From Lama guanicoe (Eukaryota): a stretch of DNA of 64,000 nt. Of this stretch, positions 25,185-38,559 are shown one piece after another. The stretch is from NCBI GenBank assembly GCA_013239625.1, contig MU055783.1, positions 12,559,202-12,623,201 of the forward strand, in the 5' to 3' direction. Position 1 is the stretch's first letter; every line of letters starts with the position of its first letter. The notes under the pieces are model-generated. The model made no database searches, had not been told where the DNA came from, and saw nothing but the letters and a program-made list of their open reading frames with translations. The position numbers and the translations under genes are program-made.

Positions 25185-25245
25185 AGAACAGCAAAAAGGA
25201 AATATATATATATATATTAAAAAACAAGAACAGTAAGGGACCTCT
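25185..25245 (+). mobile_element. Continuation of the older L1 ORF1 after the nested insertion
   Basis: aaaacaagaacagtaagggacctct resembles the ORF1 KNE.SLRDLW segment that follows EQQKE. Confidence 0.7.
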
Positions 25246-25479
25246 TCTCTTTCCCTCTAACCACTTTAACTTTTCTCCCCCATCTTTTTTCTCTTCTTTC
25301 TGTGTCATATTCAATAAATTCAATGAAATATTTTGAGAAGATTAATCTCAATCTGAAATCTTTAGAATGCTACATCAATTTTTTTTTAAATCAAGCTCAT
25401 TTGATTTGTTACAACCTTTCTCTTTGAGGACAGCCAGCACTGAATCAGTCTTAAAGAGCGATCCCTTACATCTCACTCT

Positions 25480-26420
25480 CTCAAACTGGATCCTGATTTT
25501 CCCTTTCCAGTCCATACTTTCACTCCACACACACACAGATCTGCTTCACCAACTGTGCTCCCCGTCTCAGTGACTGTTACTTCCATTCTGCCCCTTGTTC
25601 TTGTTATGAAGCTTGCAATTACTCTCGACTCCTCTTTTTCTCTCACCCTCTAGATCTAATTTATCTAGAAATCCTATAGCCTCTATCTTCAAAATATATC
25701 CAGACTCAAGACACTTCTTATAACACCTTCACTGCCACACTGAGACCACCATTCCCTGTGTTCTGCATTACCATAGTGGTTAGGTTGTTTTCCTGATTCC
25801 ACCCTTGCCCTGCTACAGCAGAATAATTCCTTCAACATGCAGAGCAGATTACATCTCTCCTCTGGTCAAAATCCACCCTTTTCTTTCAGTATAAAAGGCA
25901 GTCTTTGCAATGCCTCGAGGCCCTGTACTTTCTGGCTCCTTGCCGATCCTATTTGCCATTCTCCTCACTCCCTCTGTTCCAGACACGTCAGATATTTATT
26001 TCTCAGACCCATCTGGCATGCTCCCACCTCACCTTCAAGGCTTTTCACTTGCTTCCTGTTGCTGCAAGAACCGACCTCTCCTAAACATCTATACGCCTTA
26101 CTCAGCTGTTTCTTTCAGTGTTTGCTCAAGTGTCAACACCTTCACTGACGCATCATTAAAATTGTAGTTTTAAGAGTGCACTTCTTGCACTTACAATAAC
26201 CTCTCTTTCTTTTCTTTTTTCCGAGAGGACTTACCACTGATGAAGATACTGATATATGCTATTTTAAAATTATATTTGTTTTCTGGCTCCACGCACTAAA
26301 ATGTAAGCTCTGTGATGGCAGGAATTTTTGACTGATTTTCTTTTTTAAGTGCTGTGAAAAGTGCCTGAAGGGTGTCTGGAACACACATGGTGAAAAATCT
26401 ATAACTGCTGAATTAATTAA
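25480..26420 (+). mobile_element. L2 (L2a-like) 3' region
   Basis: ctcgactcctctttttctctcacc...ctctatcttcaaaatatatccaga...cactaaaatgtaagctctgtgatggcagg...ctgctgaattaatta. Confidence 0.8.
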
Positions 26421-26449
26421 GCACTGAAAAAAATAGGTAGAAACAAACG

Positions 26450-27490
26450 CTCTATCTTACTGTTTTTATGTCAAACAACACAAGGACGTATCATTGTTGA
26501 GTTTTTTAATTACATTGTGACTTTTTTGCTCAAACACCAACAAACTCCACTATTGTTTTGTAAGATCACTGCTAGTTCAGCTTACATTTTTTCATATATT
26601 TGTATAGTTGTATGCATTATTTTATGTACGTATTTTACTCAGCAGTCGTTCTTTTACCTCAGAACTTCCTTCTGGGATCAGTTTCCTTCTATTTGAAAGT
26701 ACATCCTTTCAAAAATTCCCCCAGTGATTTCTGTTGGTTCTGTACAACCTGAAAATATCTTTATTTTACTCTCATCCCTGAAAAATAGTTCAGCTAGTTA
26801 TAAAATCAGAGGTTGCTACCCTTCATTCTTACAGCATTAAAGACATACCTTCACTGTGCTTTGTGTTCTTTTGTTTCTTCTTTGATGGAGAAGTTCTGTG
26901 ACAGTCTAACTAACTCATTCCTTTCTAGGTGATCTGAGGATTTTTGTCTGATTGCTTTTGAGATTTTCTCTTTGTGAATCATGGAGCTGAGGATTCATAA
27001 TTGTAGGACATTATTAACTGATCTCTTTGGATGCATTTTCTCTTCCATTCTCCATTTTCTTCTCCTGGAACTCCTATTCAACACACATTTTATCTTCTCA
27101 ATCTCCACTTTTAACAACTCTTGAGCAATCTTTTTTTGTTTTTTGATTACATTTGAAGGTAATAAGTGCTGAATATTTCTGAACAATTATTTCATAATTT
27201 TCATTTATTTATGTCACTATTCTCCATTTTTATCAGTTTCTTAAGGTCTAGTCAATCTTTCAGCAGTGTCATCTATTGTGTAATCCATTCTTCACCTTTT
27301 TAATTTTAATGACCTTATGTTTTAGAATTTCTACTAGATTTTTTTTCAAATATGATTTTCTTTTTAAATACTACCTTCTTCTTTGTCAGGTTTTGTAATC
27401 TCTCTTTCCATTTATTACATAATTTTAAACATGGGTGAATGGTAGGAATAATCAGTTAATCTTATTATGTGAAGTTATTGGAGATCCAAC
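26450..27490 (-). mobile_element. HAL1 / old L1 ORF1-region fragment
   Basis: cttccttctgggatcagtttccttct...gtacatcctt...ctgaaaatatctttatt...gacagtctaac...cattcctttctaggtgatctg...tctcctggaactcctatt match antisense HAL1. Confidence 0.7.
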
Positions 27491-29749
27491 TTAGCTTTTC
27501 CTTAAATCATTTAGATGTTAGTATCTATTATGTAAAGTTGGTGTGATAATCTTATTTCAAGAAGTTTTTCTGGTGTTTTATGAATGTACGTATTCAAGAA
27601 ATATTAGTTTCCCTCTCTTTCTCTGAAAACCAAATAATAGAGATATGTGTATTATAGAAGAAAAAAAGAAAATATGTAAAAATAGAATATATGTATTCCT
27701 TTTCAAAATATACCAGATTATGTTCTGGCTTGTGTATAAGCACATTTTACTTCATTCAAACAGGTTTCCTTTGGTCTCATTTTTAATGGTTCACATGTAC
27801 ATGACAAATTATTTTTAATGAATTCTATATACTTTGAGCCAAATAACTAAAATTAAAACAGCTGAAAGGAGCTAGGTACACAAAATTGAAAGATTTCATT
27901 TTGAGAATCTCAAACTTTATAGTAAGAAAGAGCAGTTGATGGGTTTCATTACAGAAGTCTGCTAAGCTTAAAAGATGACATTGAAATTGCCCCATAATAG
28001 GATACCATTTTAAGTACATAACAGTTCATGGAGCGTTTGATTATACTAGCAGCTATGCTGTGTAAAGAAGCTGGAATGGTACTAAGAGGTGTTAATTAAA
28101 TAATAGAATGTATAATTTTGTAGGTATAAATTATCAGAAGTATAATCTATATATTTTATATAAATATACCACACAACTGTAAGTACTTTGCACATCATTG
28201 CACAGACAAGTTCTACAGATGTCACTATTCTGAAGAGTTGGTGCAGAGTTTCCATTAAAATTATTCCTGATATACCTAAAGTTCCATTCAGAAATAGTCA
28301 CGAGAGATGCATTAATCAAACTCGGTTAATCCTTTTACCATGATTCTAAACGTTCTGCAGAATAACCAATACCAATTCCCCATTTTTGTTTTATTGCCTG
28401 GAGTATTACATTTTCTATTTGACTCTAACATAATACTTAATGTCTTTAATCTTCAATCCTCAATGTCAAAAGCTGCAAACACGAAGAATGGACCACTTAC
28501 GTGACCCATGTGAAATCATCTTGCTGACTGAATTTAAATACTATCTGATCTACATTAGCAAGATTAAGCAAGAAATATTACAATGTATTTTCCTGTATTC
28601 AATGAGTAACAGGAAGAAAAAGAAGCTAACAACATTAAAGCTATATTTAAAAGTGAGTATTTGGCCTGAAATAAACTAAGCCAAAGACTTTATAATCAAA
28701 CAATGCTTTTATTTTACTCATCAGTGTATATTAATGCAGAATTTGTGCCTTAAATTTATTTTGGTTGACAGCATTCTTTATAAGTGACAGTTGTAAATAT
28801 GGTCTGAATGAACTATGGGGTTACCCTAGATTTTTGTAATCAAAATTTGCTAGCCTCTTTGCATGACCTCAATAGTATCACAAGAGTAAGATACAAAAAC
28901 AAGCTTTGTGAACTCATTTTTTAAAGAAGAAATTGTTATATGATCTAATTTTCAATTTCAGTTGATTTTGCCCAAGTGTTGTTCACTGTGTATAAAAGAT
29001 ATATCTTATTCTCAAGGACTATGCTAGCAGAGTTTCTATTATTTGCATATTGTTCCAAAGCTGTCTACAATTATTCACCAAAATTTCACATAGTCTGGTG
29101 GTTTTCAGAGAGCATATGAAGCTAAAGGAAAAGAAAATCTATATACAGGAAACTCTTGAGCCATTACAGCATTATCAACAAGTACAATTTTCATTTCTTT
29201 CCATTGATGGAAACAATACATCCCTTTTATGTCGACATTTCTACTCACTCCCCTTGGCTCTGCATATTCCCTGCATTTATGACTCTGCAAATGCATCACT
29301 CAATATTCTATATTAAGGGATAATTCTTGAGCTGAGATCTATAATCTCTTATCATTCTAAAAAATGAGGTTGCTGGTATTTTAAACTTTGATGGTTTTTC
29401 TTATACAGCTGAAACTTCTATTATATGTTTATTATTTAGATTGAATGGAATTTTGATATACATCTTGTGTATGGCTACTTTTCAGGCATTTTATAGATTT
29501 AATTACTATAATGCAATTTGATCTGTTCTCCAAATGTATTTCTAAATTGAATTTCACCTAGAAACTGAAATCTTGCACCTCCCTTACTTGGATAGCCAGC
29601 TACTGAGCTAATGTTACATCATGCTGAATCTTAACAGTTCTGACAAATGATTACCCCATGGCTTTCAACAATGCCGTGGGAATAACTCAGTCTGTAGTCG
29701 AATCCAATTAAATTTGGAGCTCTTTTCAGTGATATTTTTGAGACCAATG

Positions 29750-30586
29750 ATTAACATTTGTTTTAAACCCAGGAAGGCTCTTCTCAGTTCTCTCTGGTAA
29801 ACTAGCTGGCCTATGGTTTAGTTTTTCGCTCTTACAAAACTACCCACCTCCTCCTAATTGCTTACCATCAAAATCTCCATTGTTTTCTAGAGACTTAAAT
29901 TTCTCAAAATTCTGTACCAAATAAAGTCAACTCCTTTAGGGAGACCTTTAGAGCTCACTGTCTATTCTCACAGCCTTTGTCTCCAGCTGAGCGAAATCTC
30001 AGAGCCGCTGCTCTGGAGCTGGGGGCAGGAATGATGGCGAGCTTCTCCTAAGTGACTCTTGCTTTACTAGCAGAGTTTTAGGTGGAGAAAGTAGCTTCTG
30101 GTCTTCTCTGATGGCTTCTCCCAGTGTGGAGCCTATGCCCTATGAGCAAGCTGGGGTGAAGGTGTACTCATACCTTGCCCCCTGGAGAGGAAACTCTGCC
30201 TTGTGAGTGGGAACTGGGTCGGGGAAGGGAGTCTCCAACCCTTAAGATGCTCTTGCCTGGAATAGTCTCTGCAGCATGGAGCTGGGGAGGGATGAGAAGT
30301 GCTGGAGACCTGTTCCTCTAGAGGAGATATCATAATTCTCAGCTGGAAGCTGGAGGCAGAGGGACTCCCATCCCCTTGTCCATACCTCTTCCCAGGGAAG
30401 CTGCCATTATGCTTAGCTGGTGGATTGTGGGAGAGGAAGCATGTTGTGGCTCAAGTGCCACTGACTCTGACTGTTCTTACAAAAGTTGTCTTGAATAAAT
30501 AGTTGTTTTTAAAATAAAGTTCACTCATTATGGCTGTTTCACTGGAAAGCAAGTCTCTGGAGCTCCTCACGCCACCATTCCAGAAG
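29750..30586 (-). mobile_element. Old L1M 5' UTR fragment
   Basis: ctctggtaaactagctggcctatggtttag...ccaaataaagtca...ctctggagctggggg...ggagctcctcacgccaccattccagaag (antisense L1 5' terminus). Confidence 0.7.
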
Positions 30587-31938
30587 AACAATTCCCAACA
30601 TTCTTTCAGTGTTTGCTCCATATGTGTTGTGATCAAGTCCATCCATTTCCAATGACACGGTGATGGTCTAGCCACTCAACTACATTATTGAATCATGCTC
30701 ATGGTAACTTCTCAGGTTCCCAAGACTTGTATATAGGTCTTTCTTTAAGGGGAAAATAAAAAAAAAAAACCCAAGAATTCCTTGAAGCATAAATGCTGAC
30801 ATGAAACAGTTGGAAGAGAATCTGCTCTACAATTCACTTTCTTATTTTTTAAAACAAAAGAGAATTATATAAATGAAGTACTGAAAGATATCCTGCAGAG
30901 TGGCAAAATTTAACTGCAACCCACAACTGTCTAAGCCTATCTGACAGGCAAAGACTGTAACATCCACATGACTGGCAGTCTTTATCACGCAAAGAAATAT
31001 AGAGATATTAGCCACATGACATCAGTCACTTTCCAAAAAAAGTATGTGACTTCTCCCAGATTTAACAATAATGAGTAAATTGACCAAGGTGAAGTTTTTC
31101 AAGTGCTAGGTTGTGGTATTTCTTATAGGGGTGGAGTGTGTTTCCTTGGAGTATGTTTTCATAGACTATGTTTCCTTGACTGGTTGCTCTTAAACCAGCC
31201 CCATGCATCACTCTGATGAAACAGTGGGGTTAAAAATAGAGTGCTGCACGTTCTACTTGCTACAAATATTACAGGCTTTTTATTTGTATTGATGAAAAAT
31301 AAATTCACTGAATTCTAAATCCAATGTACAGGGCTAAAAATAACGCAAAGTGCATTTCTGCTCAAATAGGCATTTTAAATTGGCACAGAAACAAAGTCAA
31401 CTATTTCAAACAATGCATTAACTCTAGCAATTCTGAATGGCCATACATGCTCACATATGAAGGCTTAAAATACTCATCTTTCTAGGACAGGAAGATGGCA
31501 TTCTCAAACATGTTTATCCTATAAGCTTACATTATACTATATACTATATACTTATAAGCTTATACCATTATCTATCTAAGTCAAGGCCTGCAGCAACTTA
31601 GATTTTTGATGAGAGAGTCAGAATGTTACCCAACATAAACTGATTTTTTCAGGAAAAAAACTTATAAACTGACTTAGCACATCCATAGTCAGGCAACATT
31701 TTTTTTCAGTTGGATTCCAGATGCCTTGACAAATAACAAAACAAAATTTGGGGGGAAGAGATGCCTCCTTAAGCTTATTCTAATATGTGTTTCTCTACTT
31801 TAAATTATACTGTCATCAGCTGCAAGATTTCTGGGTAAAAACATTTCAGTTGCAAACAGCCACTTCACGTAATCTATACTGATAGGTAATCATACACCCT
31901 ATCATAAAGAGGTCTTTTTTCATAGTTAAATCAAAATC

Positions 31939-32196
31939 AATGGGAAATCAAGAAAAAAAAGCCCAAAACAAGTTTCTACTGTACAGCACAGGGAACTATA
32001 TTCAATACCGTGTAATAACCTTTACTGAAAAAGAATATGAAAGAGAATACATGTATGTGTATGTATGACTGGGACACTGTGCTGTATACCAGGAAGTGAT
32101 ACATTGTAACTGACTGTACTTCAATTAAATAAATAAATAAATAAATAATAAAGTAACTTTGAAACATAAAAAAAAAGAATAAAATAATGGGAAATC
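31939..32196 (+). mobile_element. Young L1 3' end with probable TSD
   Basis: ctactgtacagcacagggaactatattcaata...gatacattgtaactgactgtacttcaatt plus (aaat)n tail; aatgggaaatc at 31939-31949 and 32186-32196. Confidence 0.85.
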
Positions 32197-32828
32197 TCAG
32201 CCCTCCAAAGGAAATTTGGGGAGCAAAATGGAACTTTCTTTTCTTTAAAAAATAATTGTTTGAGTTTCTTATTTAGATTCATAGGTGATTCTTTGGTCAT
32301 AGATCAGACAAATGATTCTTTCATCAGGGGATTTAAAAAAAAATCTTAATTATTCTCTACCTGTCTCTTTGTGTTAACACGCAGTCTTTATCTAATAACA
32401 AATGATCCTTTGTCCATCTAATACAGGAGGGCACTGGTTGAATTTCTATAGACAACAATATAAATCTTGGCTTTGATTATCAGACACAAAAGCTGTACCA
32501 AAACCCCAAATTTGGCATTCGGATGTTCCCTTTACAACTAGCAGGGGAAAAAAATTTCATTAGGACAATCTTTGACTTTTCCAAGAACTGAGGGAAAAAG
32601 GGATCCTTCAGACTTTCTTTATCAAAATTTCTTTCACAGAAGTATGTTAAAGAAACTTTCTAAGCCTTAACTAAAAACTTTAAACACTGACTAAATTAAA
32701 AGCAATGAATCTAAGCCTTGGCTCATGGTGATTCATCCAGGGCCTGCTTTTGGCAAAATATTAAAGTAGGAGTGTTCCTTCTTTTTAGTAGGAAGGAAAC
32801 TTAACATCATAGAAACAACATTGGTGTT

Positions 32829-33188
32829 TGCTATGGACCAATGTGTGTCTCCAAAATTCATATGTTAATACCATAACCTAAAATATGGGGTATTTGGAGA
32901 TGGACTTACTGGGAGGTAATTTGGTCAGAAGAGTGGAGTCCTCATGATAGGATTGGTGCCATTATAAGAAGAAATACAGATCTCTCTCTTCTCTCTCTCT
33001 CTCCTCCTGCCATTTGAGGNNNNNNNNNNNNNNNNNNNNNNNNNNNNNNNNNNNNNNNNNNNNNNNNNNNNNNNNNNNNNNNNNNNNNNNNNNNNNNNNN
33101 NNNNNNNNNNNNNNNNNNNNNNNNNNNNNNNNNNNNNNNNNNNNNNNNNNNNNATATTTTGTTACAGCCACCTAAATGGGCTAATACA
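32829..33188 (+). mobile_element. MaLR solo LTR (MLT1A-like), with internal N run
   Basis: TG...CA termini; tgctatggac...ccaaaattcatatgtt...gtatttggagatgg...atattttgttacagc...ggctaataca. Confidence 0.9.
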
Positions 33189-33204
33189 GCAATGGACCCA
33201 AAAA

Positions 33205-33395
33205 CATTTTAATTCAAATTCCAACTAGCCTTCTTACTAGCTGTGTGATCTTGAGCAATTTACTTCATCTCTCTGAACCTTAATTTCTTCATTGTTGACA
33301 TGGAATAATTAGTGTTTTTCTATGTTTAAATTAGAGCAAATATGCAACAGTTAGCAAAATACTTGTGCATACTAGTTGATCAGCAAATTTTAGTT
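33205..33395 (+). mobile_element. MIR SINE
   Basis: cttactagctgtgtgatcttgagcaatttacttcatctctctgaaccttaatttcttcat is the MIR core. Confidence 0.85.
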
Positions 33396-34065
33396 TTCTT
33401 CCATTGCTTAGCATTTTTAGCCTCTCATTCATAAGACTCCTCTTATATGTTTATTCATTCGGTCTTTATTCAGGAGATGCTACAATCAATTGATGTTGGC
33501 ATAACAGTTATTAGTAGAATTATGTGTAGCATGTTCCAGATAATATATTTACTTTTGAATAGCAGCCTCTGAAACAATGGCTAAAACACAAGCAATTATG
33601 GACATCTTTTTAAAGAACAGGTCAGTGTTAAACTATTTGTGGGGAGCAGTTGGACCTTTGAGCATCTCATAGGTTTTACCATGTTGGCTCCATTGCAAAT
33701 GCTTGGAGAAAAGTCACTGAGTCCAAAACATAAAACAGTCATTAGAATCACCCATGTTTATTACCTAAGCTGGATAAAACAACAATGAACATAAGTGGAA
33801 AATATATATAAATCCTCTCCTAAACATGGCACAAAAGTTTTCCCTTTGCAAAATACATATGGACACTGTTGTGTTCTATGAGACCTTACATGAATTGACC
33901 TTGACAATTTCTTTGACTCATGCTCACTGTATTCTAGCTACTAGTCTTCTGGTTGTCTTTTAAGCACACCAGGCTCATTCACTTTTAGGGTCTCTACATT
34001 TACTTTTCCTCAAGGGCTTTTCTTGGCATCTGCATTTTTATTAAAGTCTGCTCTTTTCCTTCCTT

Positions 34066-34530
34066 CCTTCATTCAACAAATATTCACAACGTACCCATTA
34101 TGTGCCAGACACAATTGTGAATCCCTCAGTGAATGGAGCTTACTTTTCAGTGGGGGAGATAGGCAATAAGCAATAATTATATAAGTAGACTATGCAACAT
34201 AATAGAAGACAGTTAGTGCTGTGCAAACAAAATCAGGGTGAGGCCATTAAAGGTGGAGGGTTACAGTTTTGATCACTGCAAAGGTGACTCGATAGAGATG
34301 AGAAAATAGCCATTCAGATCTCTGAAGAAAGAACATTCCAGGCAGGGATATCAGTCAGTACAAAGGTCTGAGGCTGGAGCATAATGAGTAAAGAAAATAA
34401 AACAGAACATGAGGGATACTGGGGAAGTCTGAGAGACATAGGTAGGGATTCATGAAGGGTTTAGAACAGAAAATTAATGGGATATGATTCACAACTTTAA
34501 AGAATCAACTTAGATGCTGTGATCAGAATA
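34066..34530 (-). mobile_element. L2 3' fragment
   Basis: ttcattcaacaaatattcac...tatgtgccagacac...atggagcttact...aagaacattccaggcaggg...caaaggtctgaggctggagc. Confidence 0.85.
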
Positions 34531-34533
34531 GAT

Positions 34534-34750
34534 CAGTTTCTCAACTTTGGCATTATTGATATTTTGGAATGGATAATTCTTTGTTGGGGGCTGTCCTGTG
34601 CATTGTAGAATGCTTAGCAGCCTCCCTGGCCTCTGCTCACTAAATATCAGTAGCAAACACCTGCCCCTGGTTGTGACAACCAAAGTATCTCCAGATAGTA
34701 TCAAATGTTCAGGGATGGAGGCAAAATCATCCCTAATTGAGAAGCACCAC
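34534..34750 (-). mobile_element. MER20 (hAT-Charlie MITE)
   Basis: tttctcaactttggcattattgatattttgg...ataattctttgttgggggctgtcctgtgcattgtagaatgcttagcagc...gttgtgacaaccaaa...ggcaaaatc...ttgagaa is full-length antisense MER20. Confidence 0.9.
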
Positions 34751-34779
34751 TCTGGGGGAAAGGGCGGTGGCTCAAAAGT

Positions 34780-35030
34780 CACCCCTGAAAGAAAAGCCTT
34801 CCTTGATTTTCCAATCTAAAGCAGCAACCACCAGCCCCAGGCACTCTTCATCACCTCCTGTTCTGCTTCTTTATGGCACAAGTACTGCTCTGAGCAATTA
34901 TCCTGGCCATTCATCGATTTGCTTGTTTATTGGCTGTCTCTCCTTACCCAATGGCAATGTAAATTCCATAAGATTAAGGACCTCATCTGGATTATTCACT
35001 GCTTTGTTACTCAGTGCCTTGAAAGTTTTA
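34780..35030 (+). mobile_element. L2 fragment
   Basis: aagccttccttgat...gcttgtttattggctgtctctcc...aatgtaaattccataag. Confidence 0.6.
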
Positions 35031-36899
35031 GCAGAGAATCACAGCTGAAATCACTTAAGATTTTACATTATTTTTCCATTGCTGAGCAAGCTCTCTGTAT
35101 ATGCTCTTTAACAAATTTGTAATACTATCATTCTGTGATGAAGATTTAGAATGAGATGTAAACCACGTTTTGAGGACTCAAATAAGAATAGCAAACAAAC
35201 TCGAGGCAAATCTTCCTGCTTGAAATGGGAAGCAGAGGGGGAAGAAGGTAGCAAAGTTCTCTTTGGATGTCTCCTTGACCAGTACAGCTCACATGAGGCC
35301 TCTCTGGGACGAGCATGACCACACGGTGAAGCTGGATGTCAAGCAAGAGAAAGTCTGTAATACAGTGGTGCTTTTCTTCAAGGGTCTCACCTCCCTTGCC
35401 CTGATGCTTTAAGGTACTGCCCAATGGACAGTGGACATTTCTCTTACATGGGTCTCTGCACTACCAGCAATCTGTCTCCAGCCTTATTATTCTGAACCCA
35501 GACATTCATAAATTTAGCCTTGATCTATGAAATATACGGTGAACATGATGATTGCAAACCATCTCAATACAGAATGGAATGTGAAATGCTACCCAACAAA
35601 AGAAAGAAGATAAGAACTGAGCTTTTTGGAGATTAACTTGGCAAAGATATTAAAAAAAAATGGACTTGAATAAGGGAAAGGCTGGGGGCAGAGAAAATAG
35701 GGTCCCCTCGAATAACCACAGAGAGATAAGGAGAACCTGAAAAGTCACCAAAACAGAGAAGGGATAAATTGTAGCAAAATTGAAGAGCTAAAATCAGTAT
35801 GACAGAACAACTCATTCACCACAAAGATGAAGGAAGATGAGAAATGTACATTTTAATTATATGAATTTGCTCTTTATGCTGTTAAAAAATTAAGGCAAGT
35901 TTTAAAAATCTGCTTCTTACCACTCCTTGCCACCTCCTAAATCTCCCCTTCACAGAAGTAGGATTATTGAGGGGAAGTTGTCTGGTTGTTCTCCTGTATC
36001 AAATTAATTTTCTTCATCCCCCATATGCCAATCGTTACACAGCCTGTTCTAAATTTTGATGTGGTGCATTATTGATGAGGTCTTAAAAAGAGATTAGAAC
36101 AACGATCTCCCACTCTCTGAAAAAAAAAAAAAACAACTTTATACAAAAATGAACTGGCAATTCTAACATGAACCACCCAACAAATCAGTAGATTATATTT
36201 ATGGCAGACTGTTTGCCAAACCTTAATAGTTTATTGGGTAAGTGCTTTGAGGGCCTACTGTGTGTACAGCACTATGCTAGACGATTGACTTCTCTGACAT
36301 TCAATGAGATTTAGCATCCCATGACTAGCACTCTCAGGTTGTGAAAAAGGAAACATTTGGCCTAAGCTAATCTTACTACTCATCTCTCTTATTTATTAGT
36401 ACCTCAAACTGCGCAGGTCTAATTGCCCCCCAGAAAATAATTTTAGAGTCCAGCACATCTGTCTTTTGGAGTACACTGAGAGATTTTCACATTTCAATGT
36501 TATTTTTTCATTAGATATTTTAAAGAATAACTAAGTACTCTTTACTTACACTGTGTTAAAGCAGTTCTTTTTTAATATAATCCTCTATGTCTGGATTTGA
36601 ATATTTGCAGTTAAAATTCAAGTTCTGTATTGTCAACATAATAAATTAAACACGTAATGCTGATTCTGAAGTGCACAAGATGACATCTGGCCTGTTCTCA
36701 TGTACCATATCTGCTAGTTGCCAGGCATGGCCAGCCAAACTGCAAAGGAGAAAATGATTATGTTTGTGGAAATAACCTTAACTGTGTTCAAAAATGTAAA
36801 CAGTAATTAATTCCTTTAAAAATAAATTTTCTAGACTTAGTGAAGGGCTTTTAATCATTTTATTCTTAACTCATTGATGACTCGTTTTTAAATTTACAA

Positions 36900-37350
36900 A
36901 TGACTCTTTTGTTATTGCAGAAGCAATATACGCTTATATTAGAAAATTTTTAAAAAAGGTAAAAAGAAGAGGAAGAAGAATAGATTCCAAGAAATGAAAC
37001 TGCTGAGTTAAAAGGGGAATACACTTTAAGAGCCCTGATATATATTACTAGGTTGCCCTCTTTAAATGCTTTACATTCCACTGTTTTCACCACAATCTTG
37101 CCAAAAGTTGGATGCATAATTTTAATGCCAATTTTGAAAGTTGAAAAAGGAATTTATTTTAAATTAAAATAACTTTATTATTAATGAGACTGTTTGCCTT
37201 TCCATATGACTATATGGTCATAATTGCCTCATTTATGACTTGCCTGCTCTTATTCTCAGTCTGTATTTTAATTGGAAAACTCATGTTTTTAACTGATTTA
37301 CAGAAGTTCTTTTAATGATAAGGATATTAATTCTTTTTTAAAATTAGCTA
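36900..37350 (-). mobile_element. Old L1ME fragment
   Basis: agattccaagaaatgaaactgctgagttaaaagg...gatatatattactaggttgccctc...ttatgacttgcctgctc...ataaggatattaa. Confidence 0.6.
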
Positions 37351-38559
37351 GTTTGGATATTTTGCACTCACATAGCACATACCTTCCAACTAGCTAAAAA
37401 ACTCATTCTTCATGCAGTATGTATCTTGCACGTTGTGGAAAATTTGTATGTCTTTACTGGCAACTCTCTATTAATAGATGGATTTCTTGAAAAACAAACA
37501 GTTGCCACACTAGTGTGGTTCTCTTGCTAGACTGTTAGCCAATATACCTGCTAACTGCTGAATTCTTTATGTTCAAAACAAGAATGTGGGTGTTTTTGCT
37601 AGTGACAGCATGAATGCATTCATTATCTAAATCTGAATTATACAATCTCTCTGCATCCTACTGCTTCATCTAAGAAACAAGAACTTACCTGTCTTCCCAC
37701 ATAGAAGGGAATATAAACTGGCATTAGTATGACCCTGAGCTTTTCAGGTACAAGTGGTATCCAAATATAAGGGACCACTGCTACTAAATCAAGTTTCAAA
37801 TACCGATAACCATCCTAGGAACAAATTAGCCTTTTATTCTCCCCAACAATTCAGCCATTCTGAACATTTTGGGGATCTCATCCCTAACCTTGATTAAAGA
37901 CAATTCAGACTTCATGGCTTTGCAAAAGCATTTCTACTGATGCATCATTATCATCTCTGGAGACTTCAAAATCTTCCAAAACACACATGCCACTCAGTGC
38001 AACACAGTCTAAGTTGTGCTAATCTCCTCATTTGCAGAACTGGCCGGCCTTTGACTTGATCTCTGCATCGGTGACTCTGACTGGCCAGCCCGACTGTTCA
38101 GACCATTTAGTGGATTATTGCTAATTCACTTTCCTCTTGTAACTGTCACAATAATTTCCACATCTTGGCTAACTGTCTCTCCACTCAGAGCCAGCATCTT
38201 TTATCATAAAACATGCAAATTGATTAAGCTTCCACAATTGGCAGCACAAAGAAGTCAAAGAACTTGTAGGTTCAGCTGCTCCTCCAGGGCCTCACCTCAC
38301 TGCTCTTCTGAACTCCTCTCCATCAGGGGTCTTTTGTAGTAACACGTGCTTTGCTTCTCCTTGACACTGCCTACGGCTAAGAAGAACACAAGCACACCCA
38401 GCAGAGCTATCTGGGAATACATGCCCACCCTCCACTCACCTAGGACTTCCAACCTCAGTGTAAGCCCAGGAAGGTCATAAGGTGAAGTTCTGATCCCATT
38501 TTGCATCCTCATAACTAACCAATAACACAAATATAGCTAATGACAATATTTGTCTCATA

